NCBI GenBank assembly: GCA_036676985.1
Contig: JAKFBU010000059.1
Span: 1 to 48,018, forward strand
Direction: 5' to 3'
Origin: Candidatus Sericytochromatia bacterium
GTDB lineage: Bacteria > Cyanobacteriota > Sericytochromatia > S15B-MN24 > UBA4093
Length of the DNA stretch: 48,018 bases
This document shows, piece by piece, positions 39,290 through 47,452 of this stretch. The notes beneath the pieces were generated by a model, which had not been told where the DNA came from, made no database searches, and worked only from the letters and a program-made list of their open reading frames with translations. The translations under genes were made by a program, and so were the position numbers. The number at the start of each line of letters is the position of its first letter. Within the stretch, counting starts at the first letter, position 1.

Positions 39290-40180
39290 ATGATCACCCA
39301 GACTGCTGCCCGCCAGGCCCTGACCCACGTCCGCCCGGGCACCGCCCTCAAGCAGGGCGTGAAGCACGCGGCCGAGAAGGCCCTGCCCAAGGTGCACGAC
39401 CTCCTGCAGCGATCGCCCGAGCTCAACGAGGCGCTCAGCCACCTCACGGGCCCCATGATCAAGCGCAAGTTCAACGCCCCGTCCAAGGCCGTGGCGGGAT
39501 CGATCCCCGCTCCCTTGCAGGCCAAGACCATCGAGGAGGCGCGGGCCCTGATGGCGTCCCGCTTCAAGCCCAACGAGGGCAAGGTGCTCATCGGCATCTC
39601 GGGCGGCGGCAAGGAGACGGTCCATGCCTTCGTGGTCTCGGGCGTCAAGCCGGACGGATCCGTGCGGATCACGCAGGCGCTCGCCCAGGTGAGCGACCAG
39701 CCCGAGGCCTACCAGGGCTTCGGCGGCAAGGTCTCGCAGCTCATGGACAAGCTGCTCGGCAACAAGCCCAACCGCATGCAGGGCGTGGTCGAGGAGGACT
39801 GGGCCCAGTACGCCGTGCGCGCCAAGCGCAATTCGATCGCCGTCCTGGAGCTCGAGGCGGATCCCAAGCTCGTCAAAGAGACGCTCGACGAGATGAAGGG
39901 CCTCGTGGGCAAGCCCTACGACGGCACCATGCTCGCGGCCGACCCGGCCACCGCCGCCACCCTGCAGGAGCTGTACTGCACCGAGGTCTCGGCCTGGTTC
40001 GTCAACAAGCTCAAGCCCGGCACCATCAAGCAGTCGGACATGATGGGCTTCCCGCTCTACCAGGTGGCCGACCACATGAAGGCCACCACGGTCCACGGCG
40101 GTCCGCTCAAGGTCCTCTACAACGGCGAGAACCGCCTGGACATCAAGGCCGCGGATCCTTTCCCCAAACAGGCGCTCTGA
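39290..40180 (+). CDS. Circularly permuted NlpC/P60 (YiiX/YebB-like) enzyme with N-terminal extension
   Basis: His (VHAFVV) precedes GKPYD...LYCTE Cys; GGAGGA RBS. Confidence 0.72.
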   Translation: MITQTAARQALTHVRPGTALKQGVKHAAEKALPKVHDLLQRSPELNEALSHLTGPMIKRKFNAPSKAVAGSIPAPLQAKTIEEARALMASRFKPNEGKVLIGISGGGKETVHAFVVSGVKPDGSVRITQALAQVSDQPEAYQGFGGKVSQLMDKLLGNKPNRMQGVVEEDWAQYAVRAKRNSIAVLELEADPKLVKETLDEMKGLVGKPYDGTMLAADPATAATLQELYCTEVSAWFVNKLKPGTIKQSDMMGFPLYQVADHMKATTVHGGPLKVLYNGENRLDIKAADPFPKQAL

Positions 40181-40246
40181 CCTAAAGAGACGAGCGCGGC
40201 TGGTCGATGGCATAATTAGTCGACCATTCACGAGGGGACTCCATCC

Positions 40247-40639
40247 ATGCCCAACCGGCTGCTGTTTGCCGCTCTGCTGATGTGCTCGCCCGTTTTGCTG
40301 GCCGCCTGCGCCGCCGGTACCGTCTCTTCCGGTGGGACGACGGGCCAGACGGTCGAGCGCCAAGGCCTCGCGCCCGTCATCAACTCGCTCGAGCCCGACC
40401 CCGCCTACGAGGGCGACGAGGTCACGCTGCACGGCTACTTCCGCAAGCTGCGCAAGGACGATGGGCTCTTCGTCTCGTTCAACGGCTACGACTCCCAGAA
40501 GGTGACGGTCGTGAGCGAGTCGGAGCTCAAGGCCGTGGTCCCCGAAGGCGCCTCCAGCGGCAACGTGGTGGTCGTGATCGGCGAGTCCATCGGCAAGGGC
40601 CGCTTCCTGAAGGTCCGCGGTAAGAACGAGAAGAAGTGA
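40247..40639 (+). CDS. Small IPT/TIG-domain lipoprotein
   Basis: Lipobox LAAC; PVINSLEP..GDEVTLHG..VVPEGASSG. Confidence 0.8.
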   Translation: MPNRLLFAALLMCSPVLLAACAAGTVSSGGTTGQTVERQGLAPVINSLEPDPAYEGDEVTLHGYFRKLRKDDGLFVSFNGYDSQKVTVVSESELKAVVPEGASSGNVVVVIGESIGKGRFLKVRGKNEKK

Positions 40640-41010
40640 TGGCCCGCCGGGTGCTGGCAGGCTCCCTGCGACCGGGGGCCAGCTTTCGCTTCCCCGAGGA
40701 GTCCCGCTGGCGGGGCTTTCCCTATGCGGTGCTCTCCGTCCCCGCGACCGTCAAGGGCACGCGCCTCTTCGGCGCGGGGGAGCGACCCGTGGTCATCCGC
40801 AGCCGTAATGGCCGCTACCCGCGCTACGGCCATGTGGAGGGCTTCTTTCCGGTCCGCGACAGCGACGGGCGCCTGGTCCACTGGGTCGTGCACCCCGCCA
40901 CGGAGGTCCTCGTGCCCTCATGGATCGCACGCACCGTGGCCGTGCTCGTGGCCCTCGTCGTGCTCGCCGCCCTCGCCGGACTGTACTGGCTGCTCTACCA
41001 CGTGAGCTAA
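40636..41010 (+). CDS. Hypothetical protein with C-terminal TM helix
   Basis: Overlaps the upstream stop; hydrophobic C-terminus. Confidence 0.6.
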   Translation: MMARRVLAGSLRPGASFRFPEESRWRGFPYAVLSVPATVKGTRLFGAGERPVVIRSRNGRYPRYGHVEGFFPVRDSDGRLVHWVVHPATEVLVPSWIARTVAVLVALVVLAALAGLYWLLYHVS

Positions 41011-41037
41011 CTTCGAGTCGCGATGCCAAGAAAACGC

Positions 41038-41067
41038 AGCCCCGCCGGTACAGCATCCGGCGGGGCT
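41038..41067. terminator. Hairpin (CCCGCCGG family)
   Basis: AGCCCCGCCGG-tacagcat-CCGGCGGGGCT. Confidence 0.55.
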
Positions 41068-41234
41068 CTCCGTTGTCCTTGTCGTGCTGCGTCGGGGGCC
41101 CGAGCGAGCTGAAAATTAAATCACCATCGGCTCTTGCGTCTAGGGTGGCGATTTGTAATACTTGTTCAAGAAGTTATGTGCATAGCTTCCAGCGAACCCC
41201 GACCCCATGAGCTTCGAGCACGAAGGAGGCACGC

Positions 41235-41381
41235 GTGACGTTGATCAGCCGCTGCAAGCAGGGACACCACGACCACGCCCTGGATGTCGAGTTGCTGCCG
41301 CAAGAGTACGGGCTACTCGTCCAGCACACCGATAGCGAATGCGAGGATACCGTCATCGCCCTCCTGGGCTTTCCGGTCTAG
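41235..41381 (+). CDS. 48-aa Cys/His microprotein (not in ORF track)
   Basis: AAGGAGG RBS, GTG start, MTLISRCKQGHHDHALDVELLPQEYGLLVQHTDSECEDTVIALLGFPV; own terminator. Confidence 0.65.
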   Translation: MTLISRCKQGHHDHALDVELLPQEYGLLVQHTDSECEDTVIALLGFPV

Positions 41382-41407
41382 CCGCCGGTCACAATCGAGA
41401 GCATCCC

Positions 41408-41435
41408 GGGCGGCCGATTGGCCGCCCGTTTTTTT
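41408..41435 (+). terminator. Intrinsic terminator
   Basis: GGCGGCC-gatt-GGCCGCC followed by a T run. Confidence 0.7.
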
Positions 41436-41480
41436 AACCTGAAGGCCCCCCCGGCACTCGCCGGGGGGGCCTTCAGGTTA
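41435..41480 (-). terminator. Long hairpin at the stop of the KGG gene
   Basis: TAACCTGAAGGCCCCCCCGGC-actc-GCCGGGGGGGCCTTCAGGTTA. Confidence 0.65.
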
Positions 41481-41723
41481 CCGGTTCTCGCGCTCCTTGC
41501 CCTCCTCGATGAGCTCCTTGACCCGCTGGCCGCCCTTCTGCCCGATCTCGGAGAAGAACTCGGGGCCGTATTTCTCCTTGACGACGTTGCCGCCGACCTC
41601 GCCGCCCTTGTGGCCAATCTCCGAGTAGAACTCGTGGCCATGGGTCTCGGCCGTGCGCTCGCCGCCCTTGTGGCCCGCCTCGCGCACCGTCATGTCCCGT
41701 TTCGTCTCACGCTTCTCTGCCAT
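41478..41723 (-). CDS. KGG-repeat general stress protein (GsiB/YciG-like)
   Basis: EAGHKGG, FYSEIGHKGG, FFSEIGQKGG. Confidence 0.92.
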   Translation of the reverse strand: MAEKRETKRDMTVREAGHKGGERTAETHGHEFYSEIGHKGGEVGGNVVKEKYGPEFFSEIGQKGGQRVKELIEEGKERENR

Positions 41724-42061
41724 GACACCCTCCTTGCGGATTCCCGCAGCCACAGCATAGGCCCCCGAGCCGCCGCGTCAATCGACGCTCCCATGCTGGC
41801 CCGAGGTCGCATGCCGCCTTGGTTCCGGCCGGGCGTTCCCGAGTCTTTTGTTTTGGGTTTGTTAAAGGCCGGTTTGGAGCCAATAAACCTCGATTAAATC
41901 TTGGCTTTACGCCTTGTCCGCGAAACCGGCTGCCCCTATTCTGGGTTTCACGGTTAAGGAAACATTGTGGTTCCGGTATCGAGCTTAACCAAGTCTACTT
42001 CTCATTTTCATACAGTTGTCGTCCGGGGCAGCGTCCCCGCAGCACTAAGGAGAAGCGCAGC

Positions 42062-42988
42062 GTGAAGAGCATTGCTTGGGTGGTTACGTCGGTCCTCGCG
42101 ATTTCGGTCCTGGCGGGTTGCGGCCGTCCGGTGAACAGCGTCGGGATGGATCGCGACGTGTCGATGATGGCCAAGGCCACCGGTACCAAGCGCGCGTTCC
42201 TGGTCGGCATCAACCAGTACATGATGCCCGGCGCCAACCTCCGCGGCTGCGTCAACGACATCCAGGACGCCCAGACCAAGATGCTCAAGCCTCTCGGCTT
42301 CAAGGACATCAACGTCATCACCGACAAGCAGGCTACCCGCGCCAACATCCTGGCGGGCCTCAACAACCTGGTGAAGTCGGCCCAGCCCGGCGACTTCCTG
42401 TACTTCCACTACTCGGGCCACGGCGCCCAGGTGGACGACACCAACGGCGACGAGCCGGACGGCCAGGACGAGATCCTCTGCCCGACCGACCTGCGCACCT
42501 CGGGCGGCACCTTCCAGAACGCCATCGTCGATGACGAGATCCAGTCCATCCTCGGCCAGCTCAAGCCCGGCGTCGGCCTGCTCTTCGTCTCGGATTCCTG
42601 CAACTCGGGCACGGTCGATAAGTTCACCCAGGGCGTCGGCGCCAGCACGCAGCCCCGCTCGTTCCCGATGGCCGCTCACCTCCAGAACTCCACCCCGATG
42701 CTCGTCAACAAGAGCCTGATGAACACCTACCAGAACCGGGTGCGTGGCGGTTCGTACGTCCTCATCAGCGGCTGCCAAGACGATCAAACCTCGGCCGACG
42801 CCTACATCAACGGCCGCTACAACGGCGCGCTGACCTTCTACCTCCTGGACACCTTCACCAAGGGCGGCGTGAACCAGAACTACGGCACCTGGCACAAGAA
42901 CACGGTCTCGGCGATCGCCGCCAACGGCTACGATCAGCGTCCGAACCTGGTCGGCAACGCCTCGGCCAAGATCTTCAGCGTCAACTAA
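42062..42988 (+). CDS. Metacaspase (peptidase C14) lipoprotein
   Basis: LRGCVND, HYSGHG, DSCNSG, SGCQDDQTSAD; lipobox VLAGC after GTG with AAGGAG RBS. Confidence 0.9.
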   Translation: MKSIAWVVTSVLAISVLAGCGRPVNSVGMDRDVSMMAKATGTKRAFLVGINQYMMPGANLRGCVNDIQDAQTKMLKPLGFKDINVITDKQATRANILAGLNNLVKSAQPGDFLYFHYSGHGAQVDDTNGDEPDGQDEILCPTDLRTSGGTFQNAIVDDEIQSILGQLKPGVGLLFVSDSCNSGTVDKFTQGVGASTQPRSFPMAAHLQNSTPMLVNKSLMNTYQNRVRGGSYVLISGCQDDQTSADAYINGRYNGALTFYLLDTFTKGGVNQNYGTWHKNTVSAIAANGYDQRPNLVGNASAKIFSVN

Positions 42989-43002
42989 GCCTCAGCGCTT
43001 TC

Positions 43003-43041
43003 GAAAGACGGCCCGCCGGATAGGCGGGCCGTCTTTCTTTT
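43003..43041 (+). terminator. Intrinsic terminator
   Basis: GAAAGACGGCCCGCC-ggata-GGCGGGCCGTCTTTC then TTTT. Confidence 0.8.
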
Positions 43042-43278
43042 GCTGCTGCTGCCGCACCCCGGCGCTGGAGAAACTGGCCATCGTCACTTGTTCAGGCTGC
43101 CCGGCTGCGGTCAAGGCTACCAGGGAGTCCTGGGCAGACCGCACAAGGATCGATCGTACGATCTGCACAGCCACTTTCGGTGAAAGGGGATGAGGGAGCA
43201 AGCGTGATGCCGACCTACCATCAACCTCGCTAGGCAGCTTGAAGGTGCAAGTCTTCGGTGGCTGAAGGGAGGTATCCA

Positions 43279-43788
43279 ATGTTGGCAAGTCTCGCAATGG
43301 CCGCGGCCCTCACCTACGCCCCTTCGGATCCGGTGGAAGCCTTCATCTACGAGAAGTGCCTCAGCACTTACAGCGCAGCGGTGTCGAAGGAGAAGGCCCG
43401 GTACTACACGCCGATGGTCCGCAGCAAGGCCGATAAGTACGAGATCCATCCGCTGCTGTTCGCGAGCATCATCTGGCACGAGTCGAACTACAACCCGCGC
43501 GAGGTGAGCCCGGCGGGGGCGCTCGGCTTGGGCCAGGTGATGCCCTTTCACTTCAGCAACCATGGGTACGGTCCGCGCGCCTGGCGGGACCCGGAGGTCA
43601 ACCTGGACCTGGCGGCCAGGCTCTACAGCTGGTACCGGAGCCGCATGCGGGCCGCCTATCGGGGGCTTCCCGACCGGGAGATCGCCCACCGGACGCTCGT
43701 TGCCTACAACATGGGCCCCCTGGCCGTCTCCCGGGGCATCTACCGGAGCCGCTACAGCCAGGCGATCCTCAAGGTCCTCAGGCGCTGA
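43279..43788 (+). CDS. Lytic transglycosylase (SLT domain)
   Basis: IWHESNYNP, GALGLGQVMP, AYNMG; GGAGG RBS. Confidence 0.9.
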   Translation: MLASLAMAAALTYAPSDPVEAFIYEKCLSTYSAAVSKEKARYYTPMVRSKADKYEIHPLLFASIIWHESNYNPREVSPAGALGLGQVMPFHFSNHGYGPRAWRDPEVNLDLAARLYSWYRSRMRAAYRGLPDREIAHRTLVAYNMGPLAVSRGIYRSRYSQAILKVLRR

Positions 43789-43908
43789 AGCGTGCAAGCG
43801 AGCGAGAGCAGGCTCACACGGGAGGAGCGATCGTCCCGACAGCCGCTCGAGCGAAGGTGTGGCATCCTAAGAGCATCAAGAGCGCACCACCTCACCTCTC
43901 TGAAACCA

Positions 43909-43950
43909 GAAGCCCGCCGGACGCACACCCGGCGGGCTTCCTCTTTTCTT
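43909..43950. terminator. Terminator between convergent genes
   Basis: GAAGCCCGCCGG...CCGGCGGGCTTC with T-rich tail. Confidence 0.7.
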
Positions 43951-43952
43951 GG

Positions 43953-44414
43953 CTAGGGATCCTGGACCGTCACCGTCCCCAGCATGCTGGGGTGCAGGCC
44001 GCAGACGTAGGGCTGCGCGCCGGTCTGGGAAAAGGTGATGGTGACCTGGCTGCCCTGCTCGAAGACCGACGAGGCCGTGAACTGGGCGCCCGAGCGCGGG
44101 ACGACCGAATGCGGCATCGCGTCGTCGTTGATGAACGTGACCGAGCCGCCCTTGAGGATGGTCACCTGGTTCGGGGAGAAGGTGGAACCCGTGAGGTGCA
44201 CGGTCGCCGTCATGGGCGCCTGGGTGCCGTTGCCCACCTGGCCCTCGATGGGGGCGGCATCCTCGCCGGGTTCGGCGGACGCTTCGGCGGAAGGCGCCGG
44301 CGAGGCCGCCTGCGTGCCCTTCAAGAAGGGCAGGCCGGTACACCCCGCGCTCATGCCGAGCATGAGCGCGAGCAGGGGAAAGGCGAGCGCGGCGCGCGAT
44401 CGAGTCTGGAACAT
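43953..44414 (-). CDS. Cupredoxin (plastocyanin/amicyanin-like) lipoprotein
   Basis: Type-1 Cu ligands PHSV and C-GL-H-PS-M; lipobox SAGC. Confidence 0.9.
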   Translation of the reverse strand: MFQTRSRAALAFPLLALMLGMSAGCTGLPFLKGTQAASPAPSAEASAEPGEDAAPIEGQVGNGTQAPMTATVHLTGSTFSPNQVTILKGGSVTFINDDAMPHSVVPRSGAQFTASSVFEQGSQVTITFSQTGAQPYVCGLHPSMLGTVTVQDP

Positions 44415-44525
44415 GGCTACTCCGTGGGCGAGGGTGGTTCACGCTAGGCTATGACAAGCTATACCCGTTTCGCTCTCGAAACGCTCGCACGTCTTGGAAC
44501 GGCGAGAGCTCGTGGCCCGGTGCAA

Positions 44526-44560
44526 GCCCAAGGCCCGCCGGAGGTCGGCGGGCCTTGGGC
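44526..44560. terminator. Hairpin (GCCCGCCGGA family)
   Basis: GCCCAAGGCCCGCCG-gaggt-CGGCGGGCCTTGGGC. Confidence 0.6.
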
Positions 44561-44582
44561 GGTCGCGTTAGCGGCGGCGTGC

Positions 44583-44807
44583 TTAGTGGTCGCTCGGCTT
44601 GAGGAGCCCCGAGTCGATGAGGTCCTGCACCAGCTTGTTGTTGTTCTGCTCGACGATCGAGGCGATGGAGCCCAGCATCACCCCCGTCATCTTGATGACG
44701 AGCTGGGGAGAGTTGAGGTCGGCCTCGCTCAGCGTCCCGAGCAGCTGCTCCTCCAGGATGCGGGATACCTGGGTGATGATCTCGTCTTTCGACAGTCCGT
44801 AGGTCAT
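44583..44807 (-). CDS. Small hypothetical helical protein (74 aa)
   Basis: AAGGA RBS before MTYGLSKDE; GC3-rich codons. Confidence 0.7.
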   Translation of the reverse strand: MTYGLSKDEIITQVSRILEEQLLGTLSEADLNSPQLVIKMTGVMLGSIASIVEQNNNKLVQDLIDSGLLKPSDH

Positions 44808-45042
44808 GGCGGGGTTCCTTGCTGGTCGACGTCCCGCAGGAGACAGGGGGCCCGGGGGGACGAGGGGTGGAGCGTATCCCCCCATCATGCCTCATCGAGG
44901 CCTCCTGTGGCCAGCCTCTCGCCTAGCCCTTGAAGGGGGGCGGCCGGTTCCTTTACACGCGCTTTATCAATTCGGAAGGCCGACTTAAGGCGCCTTTGTC
45001 ATGCTCTTATTGTGCCGCTTCGCCGATCCAAAGGGGGATACG

Positions 45043-45345
45043 ATGCAAGAAGCTTCTGCAACGTCGCAGTCGATTGCCATTCGGGACCTGGTGACCCTGC
45101 AGTCCTTGACCGAGGCCGGGATGAACCTGGTGAGCATCACCATCTCACCGCTCGCCAAGGCCGCGGGGACGCCCGTTCCACAGCTGGCCCTGCCGCGGGA
45201 CTGCGTCCTCGTCGCCCTGGTGCGGGGTGAGGACCTCATCTATCCGCGGGGCGATACGACCCTCCAGCCGTGGGACAGCCTCTTCGCCGTGGTCGATCAG
45301 GCCGCCGAGGAGCAGCTCCGCACGGTGCTGACCCAACTACCCTAG
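45043..45345 (+). CDS. Stand-alone TrkA-C (RCK_C) domain protein
   Basis: LALPRDCVLVALVRG..IYPRGDTTLQPWD. Confidence 0.85.
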   Translation: MQEASATSQSIAIRDLVTLQSLTEAGMNLVSITISPLAKAAGTPVPQLALPRDCVLVALVRGEDLIYPRGDTTLQPWDSLFAVVDQAAEEQLRTVLTQLP

Positions 45346-45358
45346 AAAGGAGGCCGCC

Positions 45359-45508
45359 ATGTTCGCCGACCTGAATGGCCGGACGGAGCACGAGTCGTCC
45401 ACCTGCCCGTGTTACGCCTGTTTCGTGTACGGGCAGCGCCTGGTCTGTCACAGCCGCTGGCGCCCCCAGGCCGTGGATGCCGAAGACGTCTCGGGATGGG
45501 GCGCATAG
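45359..45508 (+). CDS. 49-aa Cys-rich microprotein (not in ORF track)
   Basis: AAGGAGG RBS; MFADLNGRTEHESSTCPCYACFVYGQRLVCHSRWRPQAVDAEDVSGWGA; hairpin directly after the stop. Confidence 0.65.
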   Translation: MFADLNGRTEHESSTCPCYACFVYGQRLVCHSRWRPQAVDAEDVSGWGA

Positions 45509-45540
45509 GAAAGGGGCCCGCCGGATTGGCGGGCCCTTTC
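45509..45540 (+). terminator. Terminator hairpin (GCCCGCCGGA family)
   Basis: GAAAGGGGCCCGCC-ggatt-GGCGGGCCCTTTC. Confidence 0.7.
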
Positions 45541-45657
45541 GCTTGGCATCGGCTTGAAACGCGAGCGACCGGGGAATGATGCGAAAAGGATGCCTCCTTC
45601 AAGGGGAGGCGGCCGGGAAGCTCCGGCCGGCCGGCATTCGCGATAGAGGTTGCTGCT

Positions 45658-46686
45658 ATGGACAAGATCCCCCTCACCGGCGCCCAGGCGCCGGCCATCG
45701 TTCCGCATGCCAAGCCCCGGGCGGCCGAGCCCCAGCGCTCTACCCCCGTTTATCCGGCGGACGCCGTCGCGGATCGGGGGCTGCGCGATCGCCTCAGCGC
45801 CGCCCAGGCCAAGGAAGTCCCGCTGAACGAGGCCCAGCGCGAGACCATTGCCGCCAAGAAGGCCACCTGTCCCTTCATCGGGGCGGCCGTTGCGACCGGA
45901 GCCCTCCCGGTGCGCAACACCGAGGACCGGCCGCTCGCGAGCGTCGACGACGTGGCGGCGCTCGGCAACAGCGGGGGCGGGGACCTGGGCGAGGTGCTGC
46001 GCTTCTTCGCCAACGGCAACCACACCAAGATGCTGGGCCCGTCGGGGGCCCTGGACCTGCCCGTGCCCTCGGGCCTGTTCAGCCTCGACTTTCCCGGCTC
46101 GCAGGGCTCGCACCCCGGTCACAGCGGCATCCTGCAGGGCGATCCGACGGAGCTGAACAGCGGGCGCCTGAGCCGACCGGATCTCGACCGCCTCTTGGGT
46201 AAGGCGGAAGGGGGCTACCTCAAGCGCTCGGACGTGGCGGAGTTCATCGCCGAGAACCTCCTCAAGGACCCGGACTCCAAGGTGTTCGGTACGAAGGCGG
46301 CCGGGCTGCTCCTGGGCGATCTGGGCGGCGTGGCCGCGACGCTGGGGCCGACCGTCCTCCAGAAGCTGAAGCAGGTGACGGGGCTCGGGGAGGCCCAGGA
46401 CGATCGCCGTCTCTACGAGGCCCTGACCAAGGCCCTCGGCGAGGACAACCTCGTGGGCTCGGCCGGAGAGTTCGGGCTCCTGATGTCCATGCTGGCCAAC
46501 AGCCCCAAGACCCGCGAGATCGACGGCGAGCCCGCCGTGGCCGTGGAGGATCTGACGGCCATGTTCCAGGATCACCGCTTCCCGGAGGGCTGGGAGACGT
46601 GGCCCAAGACCCGGCACGACTGGATCACCAACACGACGGCCCTCCTGTTGCATGCGGGCAAGCGCTACGTCGAGCTGAAGGATTGA
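45658..46686 (+). CDS. Hypothetical protein with heme-thiolate peroxidase-like motifs
   Basis: 342 aa, GC3-rich; TCPFIGAAVATGALP, GEFGLL, FQDHRFPEGW. Confidence 0.6.
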   Translation: MDKIPLTGAQAPAIVPHAKPRAAEPQRSTPVYPADAVADRGLRDRLSAAQAKEVPLNEAQRETIAAKKATCPFIGAAVATGALPVRNTEDRPLASVDDVAALGNSGGGDLGEVLRFFANGNHTKMLGPSGALDLPVPSGLFSLDFPGSQGSHPGHSGILQGDPTELNSGRLSRPDLDRLLGKAEGGYLKRSDVAEFIAENLLKDPDSKVFGTKAAGLLLGDLGGVAATLGPTVLQKLKQVTGLGEAQDDRRLYEALTKALGEDNLVGSAGEFGLLMSMLANSPKTREIDGEPAVAVEDLTAMFQDHRFPEGWETWPKTRHDWITNTTALLLHAGKRYVELKD

Positions 46687-46689
46687 GTG

Positions 46690-46721
46690 GACGGGGCCGG
46701 AGCGATCGCTCCGGCCCCGTC
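46690..46721. terminator. Perfect 32-bp palindrome between convergent genes
   Basis: GACGGGGCCGGAGCGATCGCTCCGGCCCCGTC, centred on GCGATCGC. Confidence 0.7.
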
Positions 46722-46753
46722 GCCCATGTCTGCCGGGGGTAAATGGGACGTCG

Positions 46754-47272
46754 TCAGGATTTCCGGACGCCGGGCTTTTGGCCATGCGCCTTGGCGGGGA
46801 CGAAGCGGAAGGCCGCGGAGTTGGTGCAGTAGCGCAATCCGGTCGGCGCGGGGCCGTCCGTGAAGACGTGGCCCAGATGGCCGTCGCAGCGGCTGCAGGT
46901 GATCTCGGTGCGGTCCATGCCGTGGCTGCGATCCTCGTGAGTGGTGATCACCCCGGGAGCGGCGGGCTGGAAGAAGCTCGGCCAGCCGGTACCCGAGTCA
47001 AACTTGGCGCTCGACGTGAAGAGGAGCTGCCCACAGCCCGCGCAGTAGTAGTCACCCCGCTCGTGGTTGTCCCAGAAGGCCCCGGTCAGGGCGCATTCGG
47101 TGCCCTTCTCGCGCAGGACGTGATACTGCTCGGGCGTGAGGACCTTCCGCCATTCTGCCTCGCTCTTGATCACCTTGCGAATGGGAGCCGCGGGCGCCTT
47201 GGCGGCCGGCTCGGCCAAGACGGGCGCGGACAGGGTACAGGCCGACAGCGTTGCCAGGATCAGACGTTTCAT
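46754..47272 (-). CDS. msrB: Peptide-methionine (R)-S-oxide reductase, exported
   Basis: [26 protein letters not shown], two CxxC; signal peptide. Confidence 0.95.
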   Translation of the reverse strand: MKRLILATLSACTLSAPVLAEPAAKAPAAPIRKVIKSEAEWRKVLTPEQYHVLREKGTECALTGAFWDNHERGDYYCAGCGQLLFTSSAKFDSGTGWPSFFQPAAPGVITTHEDRSHGMDRTEITCSRCDGHLGHVFTDGPAPTGLRYCTNSAAFRFVPAKAHGQKPGVRKS

Positions 47273-47452
47273 CTCGCATCCCCCTTGTGAGTGATCTATT
47301 CCCGCGACGATTCCCTTCGAGCCTTCGACTCGGCCAGGGGGAGATTAGTGCCCGGCGAGGCGTGGTAGGAGGCTTGCAAGCCGACCAGGAATCGGGACGG
47401 CCCACCCTCGACGCTCTTGGACGTGTACGACGTCTCGCCTGATGAGGACCCC

